Source of the DNA: Heterodontus francisci
Lineage: Eukaryota
Reading direction: 5' to 3'
Length of the DNA stretch: 64,000 bases
Assembly: GCF_036365525.1 (NCBI RefSeq)
Contig: NC_090375.1
Span: forward strand, 138,482,982 to 138,546,981
The notes under the pieces are model-generated. The model searched no databases. It had not been told where the DNA came from and saw only the letters and a program-made list of their open reading frames with translations. Positions 62,553 to 64,000 of this stretch are shown here, piece by piece (the first letter of the stretch is position 1; each line of letters begins with the position of its first letter). The position numbers were made by a program, and so were the translations under genes.

Positions 62553-64000
62553 AATAAAAACAAGAAATGCTGGAAATACTCAGCAGGTTTGGCAGCATCT
62601 GTGGAGAGAGAAGCAGCGTTAACATTTCAGGTCAGTGACCCTTCTTCAGAACTAGCAAATATTATAAATGTAAAAGGTTATAAGCAAGTAAAACGGGGGT
62701 GGGGCAAGAGATAACAAAGGAGAAGGTGTAAATAGGACAAGGTCACAGAATAGCTGACCAGAAGGTCGTGGAGCAAAGGCAAACAATATGTTAATGGTGT
62801 GTTGAAAGACAAAGCATTAGTACAGATAGGGTGTTAACAGACTGAAAATTGAACAGCCGCAAATACAAACATGAAAAAAAAACAGTGGGTAAGCAAACTG
62901 AACAAACTAAGATGAAGTAAAATAAAATAAACGCAAAAAAAAAAATTTTAAAAGGAAAAAGAAAAAAAAACTGAAAATAAAAGTAAACTGGAGCCTGTCA
63001 TGCTCTGAAATTATTGAACTCAATGTTCAGTCCGGCAGGCTGTAGCGTGCCTAATCAGTAAATGAGATGCTGTTCCTCGAGCTTGCATTGATGTTCACTG
63101 GAACACTGTAGCAATCCCAGGACAGAGATGTGAGCATGAGAGCAGGGGGGAGTGTTGAAATGGCAAGCAACCGGAAGCTCCGGGTCCTGCTTGTGGACTG
63201 AGCGGAGGTGTTCCGCAAAGTGGTCACCCAGTCTGCATTTGGTCTCCCCGATGTAGAGGAGACCACATTGTGAGCAGCGAATACAGTATACTTCATTGAA
63301 AGAAGTACAAGTAAATCACTGCTTCACCTGAAAGGAGTGTTTGGGGCCAGGGATTTGAGGAGAGAGGAGGTAAATGGGCACCTTCTGTGATTGCAGGGGA
63401 AGGTGCCTTGGGAAGGGGATGAGGTGGTGGGGTAATGGAGGAGTCAACCAGGGTGTCATGGAGGGAATGATCCTTTCGGAATGCTGACAGGGGAAGGGAG
63501 GGGAAGATGCATTTGGTAGTGGCATCACACTGGACATGGCGGAAATGGCGGAGGATGATCCTTTGGATATGGAGGCTGATGGGGTGGAAAGTGAGGACAG
63601 GGGAACCCTGTCGCGCTTCCGGGAGGGAGGGGAAGGGGTGGGGGTAGAGGTGCGGGAAATGGGCCGGACATGGTTGAGGGCCCTAACAACCATAGTGGGG
63701 GGGAATCCTCAGTTGAGGAAAAAGGAAGACATATCAGAAGCGCTGTCATGGAAGGTAGCATCATCAGAGCAGATGCGTCGGAGACGGAGAAACTGGGAGA
63801 ATGGAATGGAGTCCTTACAGGAGGCAGGGTGTGAAGAAGTGTAGTTGAGGTAGCTGTGTGAGTCAGTGGGCTTATAATGATATTAGTAGAAAGCCTAGAC
63901 CCTGAAATGGAGACAGAGAAGTCGAGGAAGGGAAGGGAAGTGTCGGAGATGGACCATGAAGGGTGGAAATTAGAAGCAAAGCTGATAATGATTTCCAGTT
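62553..64000 (-). mobile_element. Penelope-like element 3' half (RT C-terminus, GIY-YIG endonuclease, 3' repeat)
   Basis: 'VYCIRCSQCGLLYIGETKCRLGDHFAEH...HFN...GLNIEFNNF' at ~63330-63000. Runs off the window. Confidence 0.92.

Noticed and set aside
1-64000. Prokaryotic systems (operons, CRISPR arrays, defence islands)
   Set aside because: There is no dense coding and no repeat-spacer array. The content is vertebrate TEs.

Overview
This is eukaryotic, repeat-dominated DNA, not prokaryotic. The repeat set (HE1/V-SINE, Deu-domain SINE, CR1/HER1 and L2 LINEs, Penelope, PIF/Harbinger with Myb-SANT ORF, Gypsy) points to a shark genome. I see no intact host gene, and most ORFs in the track are decayed TE fragments or chance. 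The main points are: (1) A 5.5-kb provirus (45121-50661) with ~1.17-kb LTRs, GGTG TSD, tRNA-Arg PBS, gag/integrase remnants and an env-like gene behind a splice acceptor. Its N-terminal part looks Ig-like and its C-terminus looks lokiretrovirus-like. (2) A Gypsy element whose RT/RNase H/integrase core is replaced by what looks like the 5' end of host vrk3. (3) A recent ~960-bp inverted duplication. (4) Hammerhead-ribozyme-like cores in dispersed Penelope fragments. (5) A dense AP-1/ARE cluster. (6) A full-length decayed Gypsy provirus (38939-43808). Coordinates of old repeats were read by eye and are approximate. Family names come from recalled motifs, not from database searches.
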